DNA of 64,000 nt from Cycas panzhihuaensis. Lineage: Eukaryota > Plantae > Cycadophyta. The translations under genes and the position numbers were made by a program. Below are positions 42,901 to 54,900 of the stretch, one piece after another. Position 1 is the stretch's first letter; each line of letters starts with the position of its first letter. A model generated the notes under the pieces. That model did not search any database, was not told the origin of the DNA, and saw only the letters and a program-made list of their open reading frames with translations. Location of the stretch: contig CM041465.1 of the NCBI GenBank assembly GCA_023213395.1, positions 176,645,741 to 176,709,740 on the forward strand. Direction: 5' to 3'.

Positions 42901-45900
42901 TCCTCTGTGGCTTTCCCTGTAGGCATGCCTCACAGATGCTATTATATCTCTTGATTTTAGGTAAGCCATGTACTATGTGAAGCCTAGACATTAGGTTCAA
43001 GCTTTGTATATTCAAGTGACCTAGGCATTAATACCATAATTGGTCTTTAACATTATTTAAAATGACATTTTCCTATGAATGAGAGCATTCTCCTAGTTCC
43101 TAGATATAAGGGAATTCTTCAACCATTACATCATTCCCCTTATCAAGTTGAACATTTTGGGCCATTGAGTATGATTCTTTTATTTGAGTAGTGGCAAAGG
43201 GGACACCATCTAGCCTATATAAACCACTATTTTCATGTCCTATAGCCACAAGTTTTTTAGTTATATATTTTATGATAGTATAAATACCTTGACTAAAGAG
43301 GACATCTAGGTTCTACTTATCTATTTGACTGATGGAGAGTAAGTTTATTGTCATACTTAGAATAAGGTATACATTATTGATATGATCCCTAATTTTAGAG
43401 TTCTTCAAGGGTATTAGGGCCCTACCAATTTTGGTCACATCATATGTTAGGTTATCACCAAATATAGTTGTTTGTGTGCTTAATAGATAGGTCTCTTCCA
43501 ACAAAATTTCTAAGCCAGTCATGTGGCAAGTTGTACCTAAGCCAAGGATCCATGAGTTGTCACCATACTAAGAAGATAACACTGTAAAGAATAGGTTTAG
43601 GGAGGAAGTATACTAGTTGTATCCTACATTACCTCCTTGTTGTTGAATGTTGTGATGGTTCCTTTGATTCTTGCTAGGGAACTATTGGTTGTTCTATGGT
43701 CGTTAACTCTAAGTTAGTCTTGGGTTCCAATTTTATTGATAGAATTAGCTTAGTTGTTGAAATGATAGCCCTCCTTATGGATAGAAAGGGCCTCCTTATT
43801 ATGAAATAAGGCCACCTTATTAGAAATAGGGGGATCCTTATTGTAGAATGGAGCCTCCTTGTTATGAATAAGGGGCTTTATGAAGAGCATGGTCTTCCTT
43901 ATTATCAACTTTGTCTTTGTTGTTGTAGTTTTCTCCACCTTATTGAAAGTGGGTGCTCCTTATTGATAAAATGAGGCTATTGGTTGATAGTATAGGGTTG
44001 TTTGTTAGACGCTAGGCCTATGAAGTTAGCTCCCTTGATTTTTTAAGAGTTATAGATCAACTTGTTATCTCCTACATTTAATAGCAACGTGACCAGTTTT
44101 TTCACGGTATAAGCAAGTAACATTGGGTCAACTCTAGTGATTCTTTATATTTAAGGTTATGGTGGTTACTAGAACTACTGAGACTACTGACTTTGATTGG
44201 AGGAAGTTCCAACTTGATATTATAGTTCCTAAGTTAATAGCTAATTTGGCTCTTGAGAAATGTCTAAGGAGTCCAATTATTAAGCAAGGCTTTGAAGTTG
44301 ACTAGGTTGTTAAGATGGTTGCTGTGCAGTCTTACCCCTCTCTAAATTTTAAGCTACAAATATAGGGGTCAAGTCAAAGATAGATGTTACCCCTAATCAA
44401 TTGAGAATATTCTATTCTTTTAATAAGAGTCCCTCAAAGATGATAAAATCTATTTTTATATAGTTATCATGGAGTTTTGAGACAAAGCTATTATATTCTA
44501 TGGGTAGAATATTCAAGATGCTAGATATAAGATCGTGGTGTGAAGGAGGTTCACTTAGGATTATTAATTGATTTGTAATGGTTATTACTTTAGTTAGATG
44601 GGAAGTAACATTTCTTACAAAAGGAATAGCAAATAGATATACTTTGAGTGTCAAGGATCTTTATTCATCTTTCCTCTCATAGAGAGCACAAAGGATAGTC
44701 GATGCTTTATGGGAGCTTTAAGCTATCTCAATGTTTTGGTCCACTTGATCTTATATTGCTAAGTAGAGGAAGGACAAGGTAATATTATCCTTAGTTTTAA
44801 AGCTAGCTAATGCAATAGGATTAGGAGGAATGACTATGGTAGAGTCATTGGGATCTATGGCAGGTTCAGTTTGGGGTATGTCCCCATTGACATAGGCCCA
44901 AAAATCATTCATGATAAGTAGGTTTTTTACTTGTTTTTTTCTAAGGGATAAAGTTGTTGATACCATTGAGCTTGATTTTGTTAGATAACAATATTTGTAA
45001 TGTCATTTCCTAAGTGTCTTTTAGTTTTAGAATTTAAGTTTTAAGTGCTTATATACTAATCTATTTAAAGAGTTGCTAATCTATAGTTCTAACTTTAAAG
45101 GATCTCTAAGAAAGCTCCTAGTTACTATCTTGTCTAGTGACACCTACCCATAAATAGTAAACCAAGGATCATATATGTTGATATGTAAGCTCAAGGCTCT
45201 ATATATCTTAGTACGTGTGCTATTAAGAAGGTCAAAGACCCTCCTAATTTGTGAATCCATTTGTATCAAACTTATGGCTAGTGATAGATCTAGTGATGAA
45301 AACTTAAACAAGCAAGACACTCACCCTCCCTAAGTCTAGCCTAGTCTCTAATCACTAATGGAAAGTTTTCCACCTTAACCTATCACTTGATACACCTAAT
45401 ATCTAATGGTTTCTTTAACAATTTACAGAAAGCCAATGGCATGTTCATAGTGGTAACTTCAGGGGTCCTAACTATTCCCCTTACAAGGTTGGTATAGATA
45501 TTGTTAATTAGGATTATCTTAATTAATATTTTAATGTTGATTTTTAAGGTGAGTTGTTACAAACAAGGGTTTCTTTTTAATAAAAAAAGCTAAAAAGTAA
45601 GATGAAAATGTAAGAAATTAAAGGAAAATGAGAGGTTTAGAGATCTCTTTAAGTGGGCTTACACGAAGAAGATCCACTTCAATCTCTAAGGAGAACACCT
45701 ATAAAAGACCAACCACAAGTACTTTATTAGCCTTAAAAATAGATTAGGTTGGCTAACTAATGATCAACATTAGCATATAATAGAAAAATATCTTATAAAG
45801 AACAAAGTTTGGCCTTCAAATAATGATAAAAAAGGGATAAAGAAGCTTTAACATATAGCTCAACTTTGGCAACCTAGAACTTCTATAAAATGGACTCAAA

Positions 45901-46529
45901 TTAGTCTTAAACTAACCTAAATTGTAGCTCTCTGAATTCTCTTTCTATTGGTTTAGACAGTTCAAAAAAAAGACACCTAATTATAAAGATATTATAGAAA
46001 TAGTGAAAGCTACCCCTTTATGCAAAAACTTGTGAAGGATGGGCTTAAGCCCCTTTGAGAAATGGCCCCCAGTCATAGAACAGATGCATGTGACCACGTA
46101 TTGCACTAACTAAGGGGCTAATAAACCTAAAACTTTATCAAATATGGAATAATATTTTTTTATTTTATAAAAACTATCAAAAACAACATAAATTGATTTA
46201 AAATTTACCTTTTCTTGACTAAAATAGGGTCATATGTCATTGAATATGACCAAACAGAGTGGGGAGGGGGTCTAAAGTTTTAAAACCCAAAGAAAGATCA
46301 AATTCAAATGAATTAAATTAACCTTAACATAAAGCAAACTAAAAAATATAAAAAATTTTACTATTGGAATGTCATGGAGGTCGTGTGATCCTGTATAGCC
46401 ACATACTGTAGACCTGATATAATTATATAATATGATTAAATTTACAATAAGGATCACTTATAGTATATAATATTTATATAGTGTACATAAATTACATAGA
46501 AATGAGGGTGACATTATAATATTTTAATA
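39946..46529 (-). mobile_element. Copia B (family of A) nested in the leader of C; 5' LTR partial
   Basis: PPT AAGGGAGGG at 40298-40306 and 3' LTR at 39946-40297. A ~115-bp LTR fragment lies at ~46415-46529. Pol is collinear with A in inverted orientation. Confidence 0.88.
40320..44970 (-). pseudogene. Copia B gag-pol remnant
   Basis: ORF fragments 44751-44966 and 44412-44654 (gag), 43313-43522 (protease region), 42316-42528 (integrase) and 41740-41949. RT and RH motifs at 40330-41700. Confidence 0.9.
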
Positions 46530-46871
46530 GAAAGAGAGGTGGGAGGGAGAAAGGATAGCCACCAAGAAGTGTTATCTACCCTTAGACTATTGAACCATTA
46601 TAGAAATTGACATAAATAAATTGAACTAAAAATGAATGCAAGGTAAAATAAAGGACTTGGCATTACCTAGGGGAAGAAATTCCCATTTCCTCATGACTCT
46701 TGAGTTATGCTAGTTTTATTCCTCAATCTTCATGGAAAGAGTACTAAGAGAAGGTCTTTTCTTAATCTCTACTTGGGTAGAAAGAGTACTTAATCTATCA
46801 TAAAAAAGAAAAAGAAAAAATTGGCCTATTGAGCAACTTCCCATGATCATAAATATGGCTACGATACCACT

Positions 46872-47287
46872 TAGGATGATTCTTCTCATAGGTGCTCTTT
46901 GGTATAACATAAAAATAGTAATCCATAATCACTTTATTCTAACCAACAAGGATAAATAGATTATCAAAGAGTCTTACAAAAGTACAAGAGTGTTAATTGA
47001 TCACTAAATGAAGAGTGCCATAGTATAATCTTTTATAAAGTAATATTAAGCTAACCATCTTCTATAATTCACAACCCTTATATAGATAAAAGAGGGTCTT
47101 TTCTATGCAATCCTATTAGTGGCCCAAATAGCCTTACATTCTATTAGATAACATAGTAGCCTTTCATTCCATTGGCTAGCTTATCCGCTCATGCACCAAG
47201 TTCCCTAACTAACCTTATCCCTTAACCTTATGGTAGTTCTCCATGTATTAGTGCTTTACATAACTTAGCGAGATAAGTTATATGATA
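46872..47287 (-). repeat. 5' LTR of C
   Basis: Partner of 34607-35023; PBS 2 nt inside. Confidence 0.92.
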
Positions 47288-47599
47288 ATAATAGTTGGTA
47301 TCAAAGCCTAGGTCGAAAGAATACAACGAACTTACTAAAATAATAAGGTGGAAGTGTAGTTTATTATAACATCATTAGAATCCTACATAATTGGCAAAAA
47401 AATTGACATGGCTCTTAATTAAGCAAATAATAGAAAATTGTTATAGTAGAAAAGTGATAGATGCTTTGAAACTATGAAATTATGACAACCTCTTTAGTGA
47501 TAAAGATGGTTTTATAAGTTGAAACTTGATAGAAGAATGTTAGGATTTCATAAGTTAAAGTTTAAGAGATTACTCAATTCTATAAACCCTAATTTAGTG

Positions 47600-49014
47600 A
47601 GTAACAAATATCATGAGGATAGGTGAAGTATCTTATAGGTATAATACTCAAGTAGTCCATGAAGACTATGAAGATCTTAACCTTAAAAGCTTAAGTATAG
47701 AGAAGATTCTACGACATAGAGAAAGTTTATAGAATGACCTTTCAATGGCCTCAGTCGAGATTAGTTGTAACCTCTGAGAATAGCTCAAGAGTTATAAAGA
47801 AGACAATGAAAGAATGTTAAGAAGACATGAGAAGATGCTCCTTAACATGCAATAAATAATTCAGAATGAGAGGATTAAGAGAACTCAACATACCAAGATT
47901 AATAGGAAGAGAAGTAGATATTGGGGTCTCTTAATTCATAAGCATATAAGTAAGAGGAAAAAGAGAAAAGCTAGAGAACATACAACAAGCACAAAATCTT
48001 ATAAGGAAACTCCTAGTAAAGGAGAACAATGAGGTAGGAAGAGTGCACTTTAGTATGAGATAAGGAAGGTAAATCCACCCTTTTTCTATGGAAATATTAA
48101 GAGTGAAGGAGAAGCAAAAGCATGGCTATTATATCAAGAAATACTTTGGACTAGATGATTTTAGCTCTAGTAAGAGGGTGAGGATTATTGTTTACTATTT
48201 GATAGAAAAAACATCCTTATGGTGGGAAAATCATAAGAACGTTAAGAACATTTGAGAAAAGGGGATGACATGGAGTAAATTTATTAAATCCTTCAAACAA
48301 AAGTACCTCACTAAGAAATACTGTAACAAAAAGATGGTAGCCTTCTATAAGCTGAAGTAAGAAAGAATTATAGTGGAGGAGTATGAAAGAGAATTTATTA
48401 ATCTTTTCTAATATATTCCTTATATAAAGGAGAAGAATATAAAGACTAATAGATTTATTAGTAGACTAAATGAAAGCATCTAGAATATGATAAAAAATCA
48501 TAAGCCTATGACCCTAGAGGAGGCAATTTGAAAGACTAGGTGCTACAATGAATAATGTACAAAACCACAAAATAAACAAGTTGGTTGGAATGGACAATGG
48601 TAGTTAAGATGAAGACTTCCAAGGAGATATTTTAGACCACTAAGATATAACCAAGGTAAAAGGAATTTCAACCATCCACTAGTCAATCTAAGGCCTTACA
48701 TGGTACTTGTAAATATTCCTAGAAATCTAAGAGATAGAATATGTTATCAATATAAGAAGAAAGGATACATTACTTCAAATTATCCATAGAGGCTAGAAGT
48801 AAGAAGAGGAGCTCATAACACAGATTTATAACCCATAGTGGCAGACGATGCTTAAGAGGAAAGATATATGTATGTATATACAATACTCAAAGAGAGATAA
48901 GTTAATAACCAATTCATTATGGTGCAAGCTATTAGTAGGATTCTAGGGTAAGAACTTTTTATACTTATAGATTTAAGAAGCAATCACAATTTCCTACATC
49001 TTATAGTTGTATAA
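47600..49014 (+). pseudogene. D gag and protease start (remnant)
   Basis: KVNPPFFYG, SLWWEN, a CYQYKKKGYITSNYP knuckle remnant and LIDLRSNHNF. Confidence 0.8.
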
Positions 49015-49443
49015 TGTTAGATTATATAATGTAAACTTATGTTTTAATGTTATTATTTAAGTCACATGTCTTAAAAATTATTTAAGTGATTATAAGGTTG
49101 TAAACTTATGTTAAAAGTTAATTAACTTGTGGATGGTCGTTGAAATGTGGAACAGCATTCCAACGAACCTTCGTCCTATTTATTAGGTTCCTAGATTCAT
49201 GGAATAAGTTCCAGGAATCTAGGAGGTCTGTCCATATGCCTGAAACGAGACTATATTTTAGAGGTTGGTTATTGTATTATTTTTTATTCATTTATTAATA
49301 CAACTTAGATTAGGAGGTGGTTTTTCTTCCCCAGAAGGGGTTTTCCACTCGTCAACCCTATGTACATGTGCATTGTCATTTTTTCTATATTTTTCCTTTT
49401 AAACCTGTGATTTAATGATTATGTGCATGTACCTATTCCATCA
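49015..49443 (+). repeat. 5' LTR of E
   Basis: TGTTAG...CCATCA; about 95.6% identical to the 3' LTR. Confidence 0.97.
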
Positions 49444-49899
49444 TGGTATTAGAGCACGTCACATGTTCCATTAACATTTTTTTGCATTAAACATTACATT
49501 AATGCATTTCCAACTATTACATCTCCATCCTTTTCACAACAAATCTTAATTTTTTTTTTCAACATAGGCCATAGTGATCATTCATACAAAATTCTATAAT
49601 CTTTTTACACAAAAACTACCATTAAGATAGAGCCTTTTTTTTATACATTAGATTTTTATACAAAAACTACCAGAGTAAAATTATCCATTAATCAATCAAA
49701 ATTTACATCTTGTTTATAGAAAGGATCAGTCAAATCCTTTCTCCTAAGGCTTGACAAAACAAACCTTTGGCCTGAATATATACATGTTTGGGAAAGTAAA
49801 ACAGAGAGCTAGAACCCTAGTTTAAAAAGCCTGCTAGGAATAACAAGAAGAAGATGATACAAGAGATTTTTTTTTTAAGGCACAGCTTTATAGGACTAC

Positions 49900-50134
49900 C
49901 GGCTCTGATCTTTACAACAAGGCATCTGGCAAAAGCATCCATTTGGCTTACTAAATATGCGTCTCCTTCTACATTAGCATTTGGATTCCTGCCTGCCTCT
50001 AATTCAGAATCAAGAAGTGCCATACCGACTTCAGCCTCGTGTGATTTGAGAAGAGGCAAATCAAAGACATAAACTGTGTATACTGAAAGAGGGCTCCTTA
50101 CGAAGACGCTGAGCTTGCTGCCATCAAGAACAAC
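49900..50134 (-). other. Putative captured host-gene exon (78 codons plus 1 nt), antisense within the leader of E
   Basis: Acceptor TATTTTTGCAG|GTT and donor GCCG|GTAGTC. The frame VVLDGSKLSVFVRSPL...SQMDAFARCLVVKIRA is stop-free and has no TE motif that I recognise; flanks are intron-like. Confidence 0.65.
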
Positions 50135-50249
50135 CTGCAAAAATAGTGGACACCATGAGCAATAACCCAGACTCAAAGTCCTGAATGAAGTCACCATGGA
50201 AAGCCCAATCATTCAGAGATAATAATACCACAAATAAGTGACAAAGCCG

Positions 50250-50366
50250 TTGAATGCTATAAACCAAAAATGAGCAATGGAGTCGAGAAGAGTATTGAAT
50301 GCTATAAACTAAAAATGAGCAATAGAGCTAAGAGAGTATTGAATGCTACAAATTACAAATGAACAA
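50250..50366. repeat. 44-45-bp tandem repeat, about 2.6 copies
   Basis: TGAATGCTATAAAC.AAAAATGAGCAAT... at 50251, 50296 and 50340. Confidence 0.88.
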
Positions 50367-50390
50367 CACAGATGTGCTATGACCGAAGTC

Positions 50391-50528
50391 TCATGCTCCA
50401 GCGCCATCGAAGAATCGGCAAAGCCTCATGCTCCAGTGCCATCAAAGAACCGGCAAAGCCTTATGCTCCAGCACCATCAAAGAACTTGCAAAGCCTCACA
50501 CTCCAGAGCCATCAAAGAACCTGCAAAG
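50391..50528. repeat. 35-bp tandem repeat, 4 copies
   Basis: TCATGCTCCAGCGCCATCGAAGAATCGGCAAAGCC-like units at 50391, 50426, 50461 and 50496. Confidence 0.93.
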
Positions 50529-50775
50529 AAACCCTCGCCGCCACCATCGCCAATGCGAGAAAGGTAGGGTTTCCTCGCCTTTACCCCACCTGGACCCCAA
50601 CTTTGATTCCATTTTAAGTTTGTATTTTATAATACATAAAATTCGTTGGGTCTGCACCCGTATTTACCTTATATTTTGTTTTATTTCTTTATTTTAAATA
50701 AATAACCCCCCCTCTTAAACTTTATAAACTCCTTTATTTTTAATTCAAATCAATCTTTGTTTTTTAAACCTTATA

Positions 50776-51176
50776 CTTTGATTTCAATCAAAGTTCCCCT
50801 CTTTTTTTTTTAAACCTTATAAATACCTTTTAATCTTTTTTATTCAAATGAATCAAAGTCGAAAACCCTTTTTTATTAATCTTAATACATTGATTTAAAT
50901 CAAAGTTTTCCCTCCATTAACTTTATTACTTTGATTTAAATCTAAGTCCCCTCCCTATTATATTTTACACTTCGATTTAATTAAAACCCCCCACTTTACC
51001 TTGATTTAATATCAAAGTTTCTCCATTGAACCTTATAGTATGATTTAAACTAAAGTTCATCCCATTATCCTTTGCTTTTTTTATTTAAAATCAAACCCCC
51101 CACATTATATACTTTGATTTAAATCAAATGCCTCTCCCCTTTCACATTATATTTTATACTTTCACTTAAATCTAAT
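50776..51176. repeat. Array of about 9 palindromic cores, consensus CTTTGATTTAAATCAAAG
   Basis: Cores at about 50776, 50888, 50929, 50970, 50999, 51038, 51078, 51112 and 51159. Confidence 0.82.
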
Positions 51177-51924
51177 TCCCTCCCCTTAAAATATTTTTTA
51201 TTATAACCAACCCCTCCTATAATATCTTTGTTAAAATAAATTTAATACCCTTCCATTTTTTTCAATACAAACTCTCTCTTAATTACATTTTTCCCTTTCC
51301 CCTCCAAACTTTTTATTAATATTTAAATAAAATCCTACTCTCTTAAGTTTTCTCCTTATAAGGTATTTATAAAACTTCATTCCCTTATTATTATTATCCT
51401 TCAATACACTTTAACGATTTAATTTAACTATATTTTAATTACTTAAAACAATATTGTTAATCCTAGGTAAATCTAATTAACGTTTTACCATTATATTTAT
51501 TAATTTCTTTTTTACCTTTTCTCCTTAACACTTAATCTATAAGATTTAAATTTAATCCTTAAAATTATACATCTTTTTTATAAAGGGAAACAAAATACCT
51601 AGTTATATTTTTTTAAAACACTTATTAAAGAAAATTGTTTAAAAGGGATTTGTTATTTTTTGAAAGGGGATAGTCTTTTTTTCTAAGGGGGACTATTTTT
51701 TTTCCTAAGGGGGACTATTTTTTCTAAAAAGAAATTATTTTTTAAGAAATTACTTTTAAGAAGTTGTTTGTTATTTTTTCTCTTGAAATTAATTAATGCA
51801 GACTAAGATGTTCTTGTGAATTAGATCTATTAATAAGATTAGTATTTTTCACTAGGTAATTTTTTTTTTTCAAGTCACCTTCATAATTTTTAAAAATCTA
51901 CAAATACACCTCAACACTCCCAAT

Positions 51925-54900
51925 ATGGCATTAATATCAGGGATAGTCACCTGCATTCCAATTTCAGTATTAACTAGCTCAAACTATGCTGACTGGAGGA
52001 ATCACATATCCTATCAGCTCAAATAGCAAAAAGTATGGTGATATGTGACAGGTGAATTCTAAAAACCAAAAGTAGATGCTACTAAGAATCTTATGGTATA
52101 TCTGATAAACTCAGATGCCGCATTAGGCGCCATATTAAATTCTCTTTCACTAGAAATCAGTCGACAATTTTCTGAAAAGGATGACTTAGCCACTGTCTGG
52201 AAAACCTTGGAAGAAAAATACGACAAGGTTGATACACATCAAGTAGCTATTCTAGAAGAATAATTGTATAATCTGACCTTTAATGACTTTACAAATGTTG
52301 AGGATTTTTTAACAAAAATTTAATCAATCAATAAAGATCTAGATAATTGCATTAAATTCAAAACTAAAGAAGGTGATATATAAAAAATAACTATGCATGT
52401 CAAAGATGACGATACACTCGTATGTCTTGCAGTTAATAAATTACCAAAACACTTCAATCTTTACTAAGCTGCCAGATAACATGATGGCAAACCACCTATC
52501 ACATTTAATCAACTAACAAATCAGTTGATTGAACATCAAACAATGTTAATCAGAATAGGTGCAATAAAAGATCATTCATAGGCTTCGTTTTCTAAAACTA
52601 AGCCACAATTTAAAAACAAACAATAGAATAACAACTTTTATAATAATAAAAAAAAAAAATTAGAAACCTCATCGAGGTTCACCATCTAATTCTCAAAATA
52701 ATGTTAAATATTCTGGTCCAACTAAAAACCAGAATACTTCCAATCAATTCGTTTCTAATAGAAACAATGCATCTTCTTCTTAGAACACTAGTTATGCCTA
52801 CTGTCATAAAAGAGGCCATACTATTGATGTTTGTAGAAGTAGAATAGCTTCAGAAGCATGGAAAGCTTCTAAGGGATTGTAAAATAAACCACAATTCCAT
52901 TCTTAATCCCATTTCTAATCGAACTCACAATCACGACCACAAAACCATCAATTTCATAATCATTCCTTGGCAGCAATAACTTCTGCATTTATTGCTCCTT
53001 CCAACCAACCACCATAATGGATCCTTGACTCTGGTACATCCCATCATATGACTGGACACTAGAAAAACTTAACCACCTATCAATCCAAAACGAACTCTAA
53101 AGAAGAGATTTCTTTTAGTAGTGGTAATCAACTCAAAGTCAAAGGATCTGGTGATGTTACCCTAAAGGATGGTTCAATCAAGGACATTTTTTACTTACCT
53201 GGTTTGTTACCAAACCTCCTCTTAGTATATCAAATTTGCCACAAAGCCCTTGTTGTTGAATTCTGGAAAAATAAATTTGTCATTAAAGATCTATTACATA
53301 AATTCAAACATATTTCTCCATAACATGTTGATCATAATACAGGTCTCTATAGTATGACTAGTTTTCAAAATAATAAATCAAAATCATTTAGTACCTTCAT
53401 TGCCAAATCTGACTCAGTCAGCAAACTTTAGCATGCAATATTTGGCCATACTAGCTATGGCAAATTGTAATATTTAATTAAGCATGAAATGGTCCATGGT
53501 TTACCACCATTAAACATTGTTTATGGTGTTTGTGAAGCCTATGTGACAGGCAAACAACACATGTATCCATTCCCACATAAAACTCAATACCGAGCAACTA
53601 CTCCACTGGAACTTGTCCACTCTGATATATGTGGACCTTTTCATATACCATCATATTCAGGATCTCGTTATTATTCAAGAAAATGTTGGGTTTATATGCT
53701 CAAAACAAGCTGTGAAGTATTTGACATTTTCGTTGAATATAAAACATTAGTGGAAAATCAATCTAATTCAAGAATCAAAATATTCTGATCTGATAATGCT
53801 AAGGAATATTTAAGTAAGAATTTTACCTCTTTTTGTAAATCACATGGAATTAAATTCTAACATTCAGTTGCATACACGCCTCAACAAAATGGTGTTGTTG
53901 AATGCAAAAACTATACTCTTGTTGAAATGACTCGTTGCATGTTACATGCAAAGAATCTCGATTTAAAACTATAGGCAGAAGCAATTAACTGGTCTAATTA
54001 TTTATTAAATAATTTACCTAGTAAAAGTTTATAAAATGTCACTCCAGAACAAAAATGGTCTGGAAGAAAACCATCTGTCCAACACTTACAAATCTTTGGT
54101 AGTATCGCGTGGGGATATATCCCTCACGAAAGACGTAAAAAGTTAGATAAAAAAAGCCAAAAATACATCTTTGTTGGCTATAGTGAAGAAAGCAAAGCTT
54201 ATAGACTTTTAGATCTAGTTACGCATAATATTTCTATTTTGTGTGATGTAGTATTTGATGAAGAAGGCTCTACTTCAACATCTACTTATGTAGAACTTAC
54301 TGTTGAAGATTTATTAACCAACATTTGTTTGGTTAACGATTCTAATAAACAAGTTGATTCAGAAATTATAGATTCTTTATTAACTTAAGTACAAAATTAG
54401 ACCCTATCAGAACCAACTGAAATAGATCCTTCTCTTCAAGCTAGCATATCAAATCAACCTACAACCTTAGATTCAGTTACTCATAAGCAACTAGTTTAGG
54501 CAACCAAAATGCTTGCTGATGCTAGATCTAATGTAGGCAATCCTACTGATACTAGGCATACACATGCGCAAAAACTTCATGCAAATTTTACCTTAATGGC
54601 AAAAATAATGGAAAATAATGATCCCAAAACTTTTAAATAAGCTAACAATAATCCTATATGGCAGAATACTATGTAGACTAAATTTACTATCTTAATTAAA
54701 AATTCTACCTAGGATCGTGTTCCTCTCCCACCTGAAAAAAATGTAGTCGACTGTAAATGGGTTTATAGAACTAAATATAATTCAATAGGCGCAGTGGAAA
54801 AATATAAAGCTCACCTTGTTGCTAAAGGATTTTCCCAAATAGATGGCATTGACTATAATGAAACCATTACTCCTATCACAAAGATGAATACAATCAAGAC

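Larger units (their letters stand above)
34607..47287 (-). mobile_element. Chromovirus Gypsy C (Reina-like, short LTRs) with nested Copia B
   Basis: LTRs at 34607-35023 and 46872-47287. TSD ATGAT (34602-34606)/ATAAT (47288-47292). iMet PBS at 46858-46869, PPT AGGGAAGGGGAT at ~35025-35036. Chromodomain LEYLI*WAGCTLDEATWE at ~35095-35148. Confidence 0.92.

Noticed and set aside
43750-43938. Separate ORF with 7-aa repeats
   Set aside because: It is a 21-bp low-complexity repeat within B's gag, probably read in an alternative frame.
47296-47307. tRNA gene fragments
   Set aside because: These 12-20-nt matches (also at 49444, 46858, 10428 and 13354) are primer-binding sites, not tRNA genes.
49817-50212. 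Intact 131-aa gene as given by the ORF track
   Set aside because: Only the central AG/GT-bounded 78 codons look protein-like. The ends read through intron-like sequence and no further exons were found.
50343-50697. Three overlapping + strand ORFs
   Set aside because: They are by-products of a stop-poor 35-bp tandem repeat; the same peptides recur in shifted frames.
50776-51176. CRISPR array (palindromic repeats plus spacers)
   Set aside because: The repeats are degenerate, the spacers are related low-complexity sequence, there are no cas genes, and the context is a plant retrotransposon. The same applies to 33502-33678.
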